From NCBI GenBank assembly GCA_963708075.1, contig OY970194.1:7136001-7200000 (forward strand): a DNA stretch of 64,000 nucleotides, given 5' to 3'. Positions 49,443 to 59,126 of this stretch are shown here, piece after piece. This DNA comes from Sedimentisphaerales bacterium (lineage in GTDB: Bacteria > Planctomycetota > Phycisphaerae > Sedimentisphaerales > Anaerobacaceae). Numbering within the stretch: position 1 is the stretch's first letter; every line of letters starts with the position of its first letter. Under the pieces are notes generated by a model that saw only the letters and a list, made by a program, of their open reading frames with translations, made no database searches and was not told the origin of the DNA. Position numbers and translations under genes: made by a program.

Positions 49443-49946
49443 GTGCACGTCGATCACACGACAGGATCAGACCCCAAGTGTCCGCGGATAGAGTGGGACC
49501 CTGGCGTCCTTCAGTTCCACTAAGCAGGTATCTGGATGTCCTTCTGATGCCCCGGGAGGAATCTCAGTCTTATCCGGATCCGATCGCCGCGCTTCAGGTC
49601 GATCAGAGCGCGACCATGTTGACGCCGGATGAACGCTCCGAGATCACAAGCATTGTCCAGCGCACCGGGGCATAACCCGGTGTCCACACCATTCACGCAG
49701 AACCTCTGGTTGCGGAGAAATGTCATGTGATGCGCAGTTGATGTGCGTCTCAACGGCACCATCCTGTTGAGCTGAGATTCCATACTTATCGATGCGCGGA
49801 TCATCGCGCGCCGCTCTGAAGGCAGTCGCAACAACCTGTGTGCGACTGCCTTCTTGCATTATGGAGAAAAAGATGTCCCTGCCGGGCGGTCGAAGCTAAG
49901 ATGTCTGCGGACGGCTTCGATGTATCCATGGTAAAGGAGACAAGGA

Positions 49947-52900
49947 ATGGGCGCACCGCCGGTGGCAGCGTGTGACAGCACCAAGAGAAGGAACCTGAAT
50001 CGCGGACATGGGTTTCTTCGTTTCATGCTTGCTGCTGCCGTCATCATTCTGGCCACGGCTGTTCACCATGTGGAAGGGGACGGGGCAGGCCGTACAGCCT
50101 CGCGCGATCGTTCGCAACCGGATAACCCTCTGGAATGGCAGGCTAAATGGATCACCGCGGATCGGACCGACAAAGACCCTCTGCCCATCTTTCGCAAATC
50201 CATCCGGCTTGGCAAGCCTGTCCGGCAGGCGACCGTCCACATCTGTGGTCTCGGCCACTATGAGCTGAGCATCAACGGCCGGCGCGTCGGCGACCACGAG
50301 ATGGACCCGGGCTGGACGAACTATCGCAAGACGTGCCTCTACAGCTCGTACGATGTGACGAACATGCTGGAGCCGGGCGATAACGCGATTGGCGTCATGC
50401 TCGGCAACGGCATGTACAACGTCCCGGGCGGGCGGTACACGAAGTTCAAAGGCACGTTCGGTCCGCCAAAACTGATCTGCCAGATGCATGTGGTGTTTGG
50501 CGATGGCTCAACCGAAGTGCTCGGCTCGGACGAGACGTGGAAATACGCGTTGGGGCCAATCGTATTCACGTGCATCTACGGCGGGGAGGATTACGACGCG
50601 AGGCGGGAACAGCCGGGTTGGGACCAGCCCGGCTTCGATGATGGGGCCTGGTCTGCCGCGAAAGTCTGCGACGGTCCCGGCGGCAAGCTCGTGGCTCAGT
50701 ATGCACCGCCGGTGAAGGTGGCCGACTACCTGCCTGCTGTGGCCTTCCAGCGTCTTAAGGAAGGAGAATACGAGGCCGACTGTGGAATCAACCTGTCCGC
50801 CCGGCCGGTGATCAAGGTGAAGGGATCTGCCGGAAGCCAGGTGGTCATCAGGGTTGCCGAAAAACGCGGCGAGCCCTGGACGCATGACGGAGGCCACGTA
50901 TATACCTGTACCCTCAAGGGCGAGGGCGAGGAAGTATTCCGGCCTCGCTTCACCTATTTCAGCTTCCAATACCTGTACATCTCAGGTGCCGACCGGCCCG
51001 AGGATGTAAAAGGCGGAGGACAGCGACCGGTGCTGCTGGAAGCCGGCAGTGAGTTCCTCACAAGCTCCGCGCCCGCGGTTGGCGGATTCGAATGCTCGAA
51101 TGCACTATTCAATGATATCAACGCCATGATCGACCGCTCGGTGCGCAGCAACCTGCAGAGCGTTCTTACCGACTGCCCGCATCGTGAGAAACTGGGCTGG
51201 CTGGAAGTGGCTCACCTGATGGGGCCTTCGATTCTCTACCACCGTGACGTCCGCGGCCTCTATCAGAAGATCTGTCGAGACACGACAGAGGCCCAGTTGG
51301 ATAATGGCTTGGTTCCCGACATCGCGCCGGAGTACACGCGGTTCCAGGGCGGGTTCTTCGAGTCTCCCGAGTGGGGAAGTGCCTGTGTGCAGTTGCCGAA
51401 CCTGCTGTACACATGGTACGGCGATCGCGTCACGGAGGAGCAGCAGTACGAGACGATGCAGCGGTATACGCAGTACCTGGCATCGACTCGCGACGGCCAG
51501 GGGCTGGTGAAGCCGGGACTGGGCGATTGGTACGATTGGACGCTGGAGAAGGGCCATGCCGGCGCGTCCCAGCTTACGCCGGCGGCATTGCCTGCCACCG
51601 CATTTTTATATGACAACGCCTGCATTCTTACTCGTGTCGCCAAGCGGCTGGGCAGGAACGCGGATGCGGCGAAGTTCCAGACGCTTGCCGAGAGGGTCCG
51701 GCAGGACTTTATCAAAGCCTACTACAAGCCTGCCGAGCACTCTGTCGCCACGGGCTCTCAGGCATCTCTGGCCTTGGCCCTCTATTTTGGCCTTGTGCCT
51801 GACGAGGACCGTGACGATGTGCTGGCAAATCTCGTGGCGGAACTTGAGAAGGCACAGTACCGCCAGAGCACGGGAGAGGTCTGCTTTCGGATGCTGGTTC
51901 AGGCGCTGGCGGATGGCGGGCGATCCGACGTGGTGTATCGAATGATCAATCGCACCGATGCGCCGGGCTACGGCCATATGCTGAAGCTCGGTTTCAGGAC
52001 GCTCTCCGAACGCTGGGACAAGCCGGGCTCATCCATGAATCACTGCATGTATGGCCATATTCAGGAATGGTTCCAGAACTCCCTTGTGGGCATCCGGCAG
52101 ACCCCGGATTCCGCGGGCTTCGAGCATCTGTTGCTCAGGCCGGAGCCGGTGGGCGATCTGACGAGCGTCTCGGGGCATTATGGCAGCGTTCGCGGCCGGA
52201 TAGAAAGCCGCTGGCGAATCGAGAACGGCCGATTCCTCTGGCACATCAGCGTGCCGCCGACAGCGGATGCCGAGGTGCACGTGCCGGCAATCGACGCCGG
52301 GCAGGTGACCGAAGGCGGCCGACCCGTGGATCGGGCAAAGGGCGTCGTGTTCGTACGCATGGAACCGGGCCGCGCCGTGTTCAAGGTTGGCCCCGGCCGG
52401 TATGAGTTCCAGTCGCCCGTGACGGTACATGGGAAGGCTGAGTTCATCAAAGCCGAGAAACAGCGAGTCATTGTGCTGACGGACATTTCCAACGAGCCGG
52501 ACGACGAGGAGTCGCTCGTCCGGTTCCTTGTGTACTCGAATGAATACGACGTGGAGGGCCTTATCGCCACCACGTCCGTCTGGCTGAAGGGCACAGTCCG
52601 CCCGGAGAGAATCCAGGAGCGGGTGGAGGCATATGGGCAGGTTCGGGACAATCTACTGAAACACGCCTCCGGCTATCCGACGAAGGAGCATCTGCTCAGT
52701 GTAATCAAAGCCGGGCGGCCGGAGTTTGGCATGGACGGGGTGGGCGAGGGCAAAAGCTCGGAAGGATCGCGTCACATCATCGCGGTGGTGGATGAGCTTG
52801 ATACACGGCCGGTGTGGGTCTGTGTGTGGGGCGGGGCCAACTGCCTGGCGCAGGTGATGTGGGATGTGAAGCATACCCGGAGCGAACAGGAATTGGATGC

Positions 52901-53789
52901 TTTCGTGTCCAAGTTGCGGGTGTACACGATCTCCGATCAGGATAACTCAGGTCACTGGCTGCGGATCACATTTCCAAACCTCTTCTACATCGTGAGCCCC
53001 AGCAGCGTGGACAACCAGGAATATCACAAGGCGACGTGGACAGGCATCTCCGGCGACCGCCTTTATAAGAACGGGCCGATGCACAGGTTCGAGTTGGTGG
53101 ACAACCCGTGGCTGGAGAAGAACATCATCGAGGGCCACGGCCTGTTAGGTGCGCTCTATCCCCGGCTCAAGTACATCATGGAAGGAGACACCCCCTCGTT
53201 CTTCAACCTGATCGACAGCGGCTTGGGCAGTCACATCAGCCCATCGTACGGCGGCTGGGGAGGCCGGTACGTCCTCCACCAGGCCTACGGCGAGGCACGC
53301 TCTATCTGGACCAACACAAGAGACAGCCGGGATACCGTCGTTGCGGAGGACGGGAAGACGTGGACCTGCGATCAGGCCACGATCTGGCGATGGCGCGAGG
53401 CCTATCAGCACGATTTCGCCGCTCGGATGGACTGGTGTGTGGCAGACACGTTCGAGAAGGCGAACCATAATCCCATTGCGGCCTTCCAGGGCAATACGAG
53501 CAAGGCGGTGGCGCAACTGCGGGCGAAATCCGGAGAACAGGTGCCTCTCAGTGCCGCCGGGACGCATGATCCGGATGGAAACGAAGTGTCCTATCGCTGG
53601 TTCATCTACGAGGAGGCGGGGACCTTCAAAGGCTCGGTCGAGATTGAGGACAGCACATCGCCCGAGGCACGCCTCGTCGTTCCTCAGGTGGAGGAGCCCA
53701 AGTCGCTGCATGTCATCCTGGAAGTCAAGGACGATGGCCAGCCTCCTCTGTTCAGTTACCGCAGAGTCATAATCACAGCGGTCCCTTGA
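49947..53789 (+). CDS. Fusion: GH78 alpha-L-rhamnosidase + DUF1593 (nucleoside-hydrolase-like) + C-terminal Ig-like domain
   Basis: GLGHYEL.ING, GEDYDAR, TDCPHREKLGW, LGDWYD, SMNHCM. After ~52460: RVIVLTDISNEPDD..SLVR, WGGANCLAQ, EGDTPSF, DFAARMDW. The start may be 50025. Confidence 0.88.
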   Translation: MGAPPVAACDSTKRRNLNRGHGFLRFMLAAAVIILATAVHHVEGDGAGRTASRDRSQPDNPLEWQAKWITADRTDKDPLPIFRKSIRLGKPVRQATVHICGLGHYELSINGRRVGDHEMDPGWTNYRKTCLYSSYDVTNMLEPGDNAIGVMLGNGMYNVPGGRYTKFKGTFGPPKLICQMHVVFGDGSTEVLGSDETWKYALGPIVFTCIYGGEDYDARREQPGWDQPGFDDGAWSAAKVCDGPGGKLVAQYAPPVKVADYLPAVAFQRLKEGEYEADCGINLSARPVIKVKGSAGSQVVIRVAEKRGEPWTHDGGHVYTCTLKGEGEEVFRPRFTYFSFQYLYISGADRPEDVKGGGQRPVLLEAGSEFLTSSAPAVGGFECSNALFNDINAMIDRSVRSNLQSVLTDCPHREKLGWLEVAHLMGPSILYHRDVRGLYQKICRDTTEAQLDNGLVPDIAPEYTRFQGGFFESPEWGSACVQLPNLLYTWYGDRVTEEQQYETMQRYTQYLASTRDGQGLVKPGLGDWYDWTLEKGHAGASQLTPAALPATAFLYDNACILTRVAKRLGRNADAAKFQTLAERVRQDFIKAYYKPAEHSVATGSQASLALALYFGLVPDEDRDDVLANLVAELEKAQYRQSTGEVCFRMLVQALADGGRSDVVYRMINRTDAPGYGHMLKLGFRTLSERWDKPGSSMNHCMYGHIQEWFQNSLVGIRQTPDSAGFEHLLLRPEPVGDLTSVSGHYGSVRGRIESRWRIENGRFLWHISVPPTADAEVHVPAIDAGQVTEGGRPVDRAKGVVFVRMEPGRAVFKVGPGRYEFQSPVTVHGKAEFIKAEKQRVIVLTDISNEPDDEESLVRFLVYSNEYDVEGLIATTSVWLKGTVRPERIQERVEAYGQVRDNLLKHASGYPTKEHLLSVIKAGRPEFGMDGVGEGKSSEGSRHIIAVVDELDTRPVWVCVWGGANCLAQVMWDVKHTRSEQELDAFVSKLRVYTISDQDNSGHWLRITFPNLFYIVSPSSVDNQEYHKATWTGISGDRLYKNGPMHRFELVDNPWLEKNIIEGHGLLGALYPRLKYIMEGDTPSFFNLIDSGLGSHISPSYGGWGGRYVLHQAYGEARSIWTNTRDSRDTVVAEDGKTWTCDQATIWRWREAYQHDFAARMDWCVADTFEKANHNPIAAFQGNTSKAVAQLRAKSGEQVPLSAAGTHDPDGNEVSYRWFIYEEAGTFKGSVEIEDSTSPEARLVVPQVEEPKSLHVILEVKDDGQPPLFSYRRVIITAVP

Positions 53790-53941
53790 CACCGCGGCGA
53801 ATTTGTCACATACATGGTGCACAGTGGGCTTTTGCGATAGAATAGGACACTCGCTATGTCTTGCGTATCCTCCTGAAGGAGGATTGGAACCGTATGATCG
53901 TAGTCGGCCTTCGTCGCCGGCGGAAAGTTCGAGGGAGGAAA

Positions 53942-55463
53942 ATGGCAACTGACCAGAGTCGTCGCAAGTTTCTGGGAGCCGCTGCGGGAGCGGCCGCATT
54001 TACCATCGTTCCGAGACATGTGCTGGGAGGATCCGGTGTCGTAGCGCCAAGCGATAAGATCACTATGGCGGTCATCGGCACGGGCACCCAGGGCCTTCGG
54101 GAGATGTCTTCGCTGCTGCCGATCCCGGAGATTCAGGTTGTCTCCGTATGCGATCCCAATCGATACGCCATTGGCTACCGGGACTGGTCGGCCGAGGGGC
54201 TCTTGAACGATCTTCGCGAGCTGCTCGGAAAGCGCAGTTGGGGCGAGAGCCTCGAAGGAACCATTCCGGGCGGCCGAGATGTCGGAAAAGACGTCGTCGA
54301 GACCTACTATTCGGGCAATCGGGCCGGCGGTACTTTCAAAGGCTGTTCCTCCTACGCCGATTTCCGCGAGCTGCTCGATGAGGAGAAAGACCTCGACGCG
54401 GTCAAGATCATGACGCCGGACCACCTTCATGGAATCATCAGCATCGCCGCCATGAAGAAGGGCAAGCACGTGATGCTGCACAAGCCCATCGCGAACCGGC
54501 TGAAGGAGGCCAAATTGGTCATCGACACCGCTCGGCAGCAGGGCGTGGCCACCTATTTTCTGCCGTGGGGCGCCAACGGATCGATGGATCAGGTCATGGC
54601 ATGGATCAATGAGGGCGCCATAGGCACGTTGCGGGAAGTCCACAACTGGACGAATCGCCCGGTGTGGCCGCAGTATGCGACGATCCCCCAGAATATGCCC
54701 CCGGTCCCGAAAGGCTTCGACTGGGACCTGTGGCTGGGCCCGGAGCGGGAGCGGCCGTATCACCCCAACTACACCCACATGGTGTTCCGCGGCTGGTACG
54801 ATTTCGGCGGCGGCACCCTGGCGGACATGGGACACTACAGCCTCTGGACCGTATTCAATGCGTTGGAGTTGGGAGCCCCGACGGCTATCGAGCCGATCCT
54901 GAGTCACGATTGTGCGTTCGAGGGCGATGTGTCCAGGACGGTCAAGAACAATTTCTCGTTCCCGAGCGCCAGTATCGTCCGCTTCAAGTTCCCGGCGCGG
55001 GTCGCGGCCGGCAGTGGATCTCTTCTGGCATGATGGGGGGATGCGACCGCCCACACCGCCGGAGCTGGAGGAAGACGGAAAGGAATTCGCACCCGAGGCC
55101 ATGATGTTCGTCGGCGACAAGGGCAAGATCCTGGCGGGCTTCCACGTTGAGAATCCTCGCCTCATTCCGGAGAAGAGGATGAAGGACTACAAGGCTCCGG
55201 AGTCTGCGGGCCGGCGCGAGCGGGGCGAGGTTCCATCGGGCCTGCGCCAATGGATCGAGGCGTGTAGGGGGGGGAAGCAGTCGCCCGGGAGCTTCCTGAA
55301 CGCATGGCCGATTTCCGAGGCAGTCAACCTGTGGGCCGTCGCATTGCGGACCGGCCGGAAATTGCAGTACGACGCCGAGAACATGAAAATCACGAACGTG
55401 CCCGAAGCAAACAAATATCTGTCCCGCGACTACCGCAAAGGTTGGGAGCCTGAGGCCGTATGA
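53942..55463 (+). CDS. Tat-exported Gfo/Idh/MocA oxidoreductase, apparent frameshift near 54998
   Basis: SRRKFLG; MTPDHLH; WDLWLGP; FRGWYDFGGG.LADMG. The family C-terminus (LFWHDGG, FVGDKG, YLSRDYRKGW) continues in another frame. Confidence 0.88.
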
Positions 55464-56323
55464 ACACCATTTCGAGAAGACAGTTCCTTGGCAAAGGTGC
55501 AATGACTCTCGCCACGGCCGCGTCGCTGTGGCCGGGGACAACGCCTCTCAAGGCCGATCCGCTCGATCTGCCCATCGGGTGCCAGCTCTATCCTGTCGGC
55601 AAGTTGGTCGCACAGGACTTCGAAGGCACGCTCCGGCAGCTTGCGGCCATTGGATATCGAACGATCGAGCTGTGTTCGCCGCCCGGGTATGAGAAATCGG
55701 GCTTTGGCCCGCTCGTGAAGATGAAGGCCGCGGAGGTCCGTAAGGCCATCCAGTCGGCAGGCCTGCGCTGTGAGAGTTGTCACTACGGGTTCCAGGAGCT
55801 CAAGAACAGCATAGAAGACCGGATCGCCTATGCGAAGGACCTGGGTCTGAAACAGATGATCCTCGCGAGTTTCGGGCTTCGCCAGGACGCGACCATGGCG
55901 GACTGGGCGAAGGCCGCCGGCGAGCTGAACAAGATCGGCGAGCGAACAAAGAAAGAAGGCATCCAGCTCGGGTTCCACAATCACAATACCGAATTCAAGG
56001 AGATCGACGGCGTGCTCGTCTATGACAAGCTGATGAGCGAGTTCGATCCGAAGCTGGTCAAGATGCAGTTCCAGGTCGCGGTGATCAGCCTGGGCTATCA
56101 GGCCGCTCCGTTCCTCAAGAGGTATCCCGGCCGATTCATCTCGCTCCATCTGGCGGACTGGTCGCCTGCCGAGAAGAAATCGGTGCCGGTAGGAGCGGGC
56201 GTAGTCGATTGGAAGGAGCTTTTCACCGCCGCGAAAATAGCCGGGGTGGAGAACTACTTCGTGGAAATGAATATGGACGCACTCAAAGCCAGTTATCCTT
56301 ACCTTCACGATTTGAAGGTGTAA
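55460..56323 (+). CDS. Tat-exported sugar phosphate isomerase/epimerase family TIM-barrel protein
   Basis: SRRQFLG; GCQLYPV; GFHNHNTEF; SLHLAD; YFVE; ATGA coupling with the upstream gene. Confidence 0.88.
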   Translation: MNTISRRQFLGKGAMTLATAASLWPGTTPLKADPLDLPIGCQLYPVGKLVAQDFEGTLRQLAAIGYRTIELCSPPGYEKSGFGPLVKMKAAEVRKAIQSAGLRCESCHYGFQELKNSIEDRIAYAKDLGLKQMILASFGLRQDATMADWAKAAGELNKIGERTKKEGIQLGFHNHNTEFKEIDGVLVYDKLMSEFDPKLVKMQFQVAVISLGYQAAPFLKRYPGRFISLHLADWSPAEKKSVPVGAGVVDWKELFTAAKIAGVENYFVEMNMDALKASYPYLHDLKV

Positions 56324-56340
56324 TCAACAGGAGACGCAGC

Positions 56341-57633
56341 ATGCACAAAGAACGAGTTCATTTCAACCGCCGGCAGTTTTTGAAGAAGGCAGCGCAGGCC
56401 GGTGCTCTGCTTGGAGTGCCGTACGTGATCCCCGGCACCGTCCTGGGCAAGAGCGGCGGTGTCGCCCCAAGCGAGCGGATCGTACTGGGCGGCATCGGGA
56501 TCGGCAGCCGCGGCCAGTACGACCTCGGATGCTTCCTGCACGAGCCGGACGTGCAGTTCGTCGCCGTCTGTGACGTGAAGGCCAGTCGCCGCAAGGCGAT
56601 CAAGGAAATGGCGGATAGCAGGTATGGCAACCAGGACTGCGCCACGTACGTCGATATGCGCGAGTTGCTCGCTCGCAGCGACATCGATGCGGTGCTCATT
56701 GCGACAGGTCCGAACTGGCACGGGACGGCCTCGATGTTGGCGGCCCAGGCCGGCAAGGACGTGTACTGCGAGAAGCCTTGTACGAGGAACATCGCCCAGA
56801 GCCTGAAGCTGGCTGAAGTCTTCCGGCGGACCGGCCGGGTGTTCCAGGCAGGCACGCAGCGCCGCAGCCTGCCCAATTTCGCATTCGCCATCGAGCTGGC
56901 CCGCAGCGGCAAGCTTGGAAAGCTCCATACCCTCCATGCCCATCCGATGGGGCTGAAGAGTGTGAGCAGCGGTTGGCTCCCGGCGGAACCGGAACCACCG
57001 AAGGAAGAGGTAGACTGGGATATGTACCTCGGGCCGGCAGCTTGGCGGCCCTTCAATCGGCAACTGCTCAATGCTTTCAACTTTGAAAAAGGCGGCGGCA
57101 TGGTTGGCGGCTTTGGCGGCGGCGGGTGCCTGGAATGGGGGTCCCATTGCGTGGACCTGTGCCAGTGGGCCAACGACGCCGACGCGACAGCCCCTGTCGA
57201 GTATGAGCCGACGGACAACCAGTTGCACGCCCGCTATGCCAATGGCGTCAAGCTGATCCTGCGCAATGACGGCTGGCTGCCGCTGGGCTCGTGCCCGGTG
57301 CGATTCGAAGGAGACAAAGGCTGGGTGGAGACAGGCGATGATGCAGAGATCGCCGCAAGCTCGCCGGCGTTGCTGACCGGCAAAGGAGCCAAGATCCCCG
57401 GCTACCCGGCAGATTTCCACATCCGCAACTTCCTCGACTGCGTGAAGACGCGTGGCCAGCCGCGTGCGAATGCCGACGTGGCCTGCTACTCACATATCGC
57501 CTGCCACGCAGCCAATGTCTCGCTGTTCCTCGGCCGCAAGGTGAGCTACGATCCCGTCAAGAATGAATTCCCCGGTGACGAGGAGGCCAACCGGCTGCGG
57601 TCCGAGGCGATCCGCGAGCCGTGGCGGGTGTGA
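56341..57633 (+). CDS. Tat-exported Gfo/Idh/MocA oxidoreductase, paralog A
   Basis: AGGAG RBS; NRRQFLK; GIGIGSRG; GKDVYCEKP; 430 aa. Confidence 0.92.
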   Translation: MHKERVHFNRRQFLKKAAQAGALLGVPYVIPGTVLGKSGGVAPSERIVLGGIGIGSRGQYDLGCFLHEPDVQFVAVCDVKASRRKAIKEMADSRYGNQDCATYVDMRELLARSDIDAVLIATGPNWHGTASMLAAQAGKDVYCEKPCTRNIAQSLKLAEVFRRTGRVFQAGTQRRSLPNFAFAIELARSGKLGKLHTLHAHPMGLKSVSSGWLPAEPEPPKEEVDWDMYLGPAAWRPFNRQLLNAFNFEKGGGMVGGFGGGGCLEWGSHCVDLCQWANDADATAPVEYEPTDNQLHARYANGVKLILRNDGWLPLGSCPVRFEGDKGWVETGDDAEIAASSPALLTGKGAKIPGYPADFHIRNFLDCVKTRGQPRANADVACYSHIACHAANVSLFLGRKVSYDPVKNEFPGDEEANRLRSEAIREPWRV

Positions 57634-57642
57634 CAAGGGGAG

Positions 57643-57717
57643 GTGTGAAGTATGATGTTTGAAGTAAGAAGGCACTCTCACGAATCGAGAATCAACCATC
57701 AGACTTCAGACTTATAA
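57643..57717. repeat. Heptamer-array hairpin element (TTTGAAG/CTTCAGA type)
   Basis: tgtgaag tatgatg tttgaag taagaag ... catcaga cttcaga cttataa; preceded by aaggggagg, like the 27679 element. Confidence 0.75.
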
Positions 57718-57727
57718 GGGGACGATT

Positions 57728-59020
57728 ATGAGCCGAGACGGAGTTCTCCTTAACCGGCGGCGGTTCTTGAAGCGGACGGCCCAGGCGGGCGCCGTGCTGG
57801 TGATGCCGCACGTGGTTCCGGGTACGGTCCTTGGCAAGAATGGTTCCGTCGCGCCGAGCGAGCGGATCGTTCTGGGCGGCATCGGGATCGGCAATCGAGG
57901 CACGTACGATCTGGGGTGCTTCCTGCACGAGCCGGATGTCCAATTTGTGGCTGTCTGCGACGTGAAGGCGGCTCGCCGCAAGGCCGTCAAGGAAATGGTG
58001 GACGCCAGGTACGGCAACCAGGACTGCGCCACATATGTCGATCTGCGTGAGCTGCTGGCCCGCAGTGACATTGACGCCGTGCTGATTGCGACAGGTCCGA
58101 ACTGGCATGCGACCGCCTCGATCCTGGCGGCCAAGGCCGGCAAGGATGTGTACTGCGAGAAGCCCTGCACGAAGACCATCGCGGAGAGCCTGGCGCTGGC
58201 ACAGGTGTTCCGCCGGACCGGCCGTGTGTTTCAGGCCGGTACTCAGCGTCGCAGCCTGCCCAACTTCATGTACGCGGTCAACCTGGCCCGCAGCGGCAGG
58301 CTCGGCAAGCTCCATACGCTTTATGCCCATCCGATGACCCTGAAGGCCTCGACCAGCGGCTGGCTCCCGGCCCAGCCCGAGCCGACCCAGGAAGTGGACT
58401 GGGATCTGTACCTCGGGCCGGCGGCCTGGCGGCCCTTCAACCGCGATTGCCTCCGCAGTTTCGACTTTGAGGAGGGCGGGGGGCTTACCGGGAATGGGTG
58501 TCTGCCCTGGGGTTCTCATTGCGTGGACTTGTGCCAGTGGGCCAACGACGCCGACGCGACGGCCCCCGTGGAGTACGAGCCGGCAGAATCCAAATCGAAG
58601 GAAAAGCAGTTGCATGCCCGCTACGCCAACGGCGTCAAGCTGATTATCCGCAACGATGGCTGGCTGCCGCTGGGTTCATGCCCGGTGCGGTTTGAAGGGG
58701 AAACGGGCTGGGTGGAAACGGGGGACGACGCCGAGATCGTCGCGAGCGAGCCGGCGCTGCTGGCCGGGAAGGGCGCCAAGATCCCTGGCTATCCCGCGGA
58801 TTTCCACATCCGCGATTTCCTCGATTGTGTCAAGACGCGGGCTCTGACGCGGTCCAACGCCGACGCGACTTGTTACGCGCATATTGCCTGTCACGGGGCG
58901 AATATCGCGCTATTCCTGGATCGCAAGATCAGATATGACCCCCAAAAGCATGAATTCATCGGCGATGAAGAAGCCAATCGGTTGCGCTCGGAAGCGCTGC
59001 GTGAGCCGTGGCGAGTGTGA
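57728..59020 (+). CDS. Tat-exported Gfo/Idh/MocA oxidoreductase, paralog B
   Basis: NRRRFLK; GKDVYCEKP; 430 aa; long stretches identical to paralog A. Confidence 0.92.
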   Translation: MSRDGVLLNRRRFLKRTAQAGAVLVMPHVVPGTVLGKNGSVAPSERIVLGGIGIGNRGTYDLGCFLHEPDVQFVAVCDVKAARRKAVKEMVDARYGNQDCATYVDLRELLARSDIDAVLIATGPNWHATASILAAKAGKDVYCEKPCTKTIAESLALAQVFRRTGRVFQAGTQRRSLPNFMYAVNLARSGRLGKLHTLYAHPMTLKASTSGWLPAQPEPTQEVDWDLYLGPAAWRPFNRDCLRSFDFEEGGGLTGNGCLPWGSHCVDLCQWANDADATAPVEYEPAESKSKEKQLHARYANGVKLIIRNDGWLPLGSCPVRFEGETGWVETGDDAEIVASEPALLAGKGAKIPGYPADFHIRDFLDCVKTRALTRSNADATCYAHIACHGANIALFLDRKIRYDPQKHEFIGDEEANRLRSEALREPWRV

Positions 59021-59021
59021 C

Positions 59022-59108
59022 GAAGGTAAGAACGTAAGAAGGGAAGAAGTGAAGAACGAAGATGTATCTGATGTCCTGCCTTCCTGCGTTCCTACCTTCT
59101 TACCTTCT
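59022..59108. repeat. Octamer-array hairpin element (GAAGGTAA/TTACCTTC type)
   Basis: gaaggtaa gaacgtaa gaagggaa gaagtgaa ... cctgcctt cctgcgtt cctacctt cttacctt. Confidence 0.8.
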
Positions 59109-59126
59109 ATTATTGTGAGGACAATT

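Noticed and set aside
58884..59126. N-terminal extension of the HEAT protein (similar extensions at 17109, 56209, 44515 and 53861)
   Set aside because: The extensions overlap upstream genes or repeat elements, or precede better starts with RBS and signal peptides.
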